A stretch of 64,000 nt of DNA from Candidatus Latescibacterota bacterium (GTDB lineage: Bacteria > Latescibacterota > UBA2968 > UBA8231). This document shows, piece by piece, positions 63,978 through 64,000 of the stretch; position 1 is the first letter of the stretch, and each line of letters opens with the position of its first letter. Below the pieces are notes generated by a model. That model worked only from the letters and a program-made list of their open reading frames with translations, ran no database searches and had not been told where the DNA came from. The stretch lies in assembly GCA_965223905.1 (NCBI GenBank), contig CBDCXV010000001.1, positions 1,024,001-1,088,000 on the forward strand, given 5' to 3'. The translations under genes and the position numbers were made by a program.

Positions 63978-64000
63978 ATGAAGGAAGGAACGGTCAGAGA
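63978..64000 (+). CDS. atpD: Probable start of ATP synthase beta subunit (truncated by window)
   Basis: ATG AAG GAA GGA ACG GTC AGA (MKEGTVR) after GAGAGG; called mainly from gene order after atpG. Confidence 0.55.

Overview
High-GC bacterial chromosomal window. The lineage is inferred to be FCB/Latescibacterota-like from the protein styles (dockerin/cohesin-tailed protease, TWGxIK tail); it is not proven. Most of the window is core metabolism: scpB'-scpA-HNH, gcvH-accC-accB-efp, tRNA-Lys(CTT), a coupled catabolic/repair operon (enolase-superfamily enzyme, IPMDH-like dehydrogenase, PhyH, two DmpA-like proteins, MutY-Nudix, DUF368), a lytic transglycosylase, PDH (aceE-aceF-lpdA), a biotin operon, Na+-NQR (nqrA-F, nqrM) and the F1Fo atp operon. 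Accessory DNA comprises a decaying heavy-metal locus (ZIP, IS701-like remnant, CDF and permease pseudogenes, czcCBA) and a lower-GC two-gene secreted-protein cassette between atpA and atpG. Two apparently identical IS1380-family copies with 4-bp target duplications interrupt the permease and an M6 protease. The best candidate for a new system is a FabF-like ketosynthase heading bioB-bioA-bioF-bioD. It keeps the catalytic triad but has polar substitutions at acyl-pocket positions, and no bioC/H/W/Z/I gene is in the window, so it may be a dedicated pimeloyl-precursor synthase. All family calls come from motif recognition by eye, without database searches.
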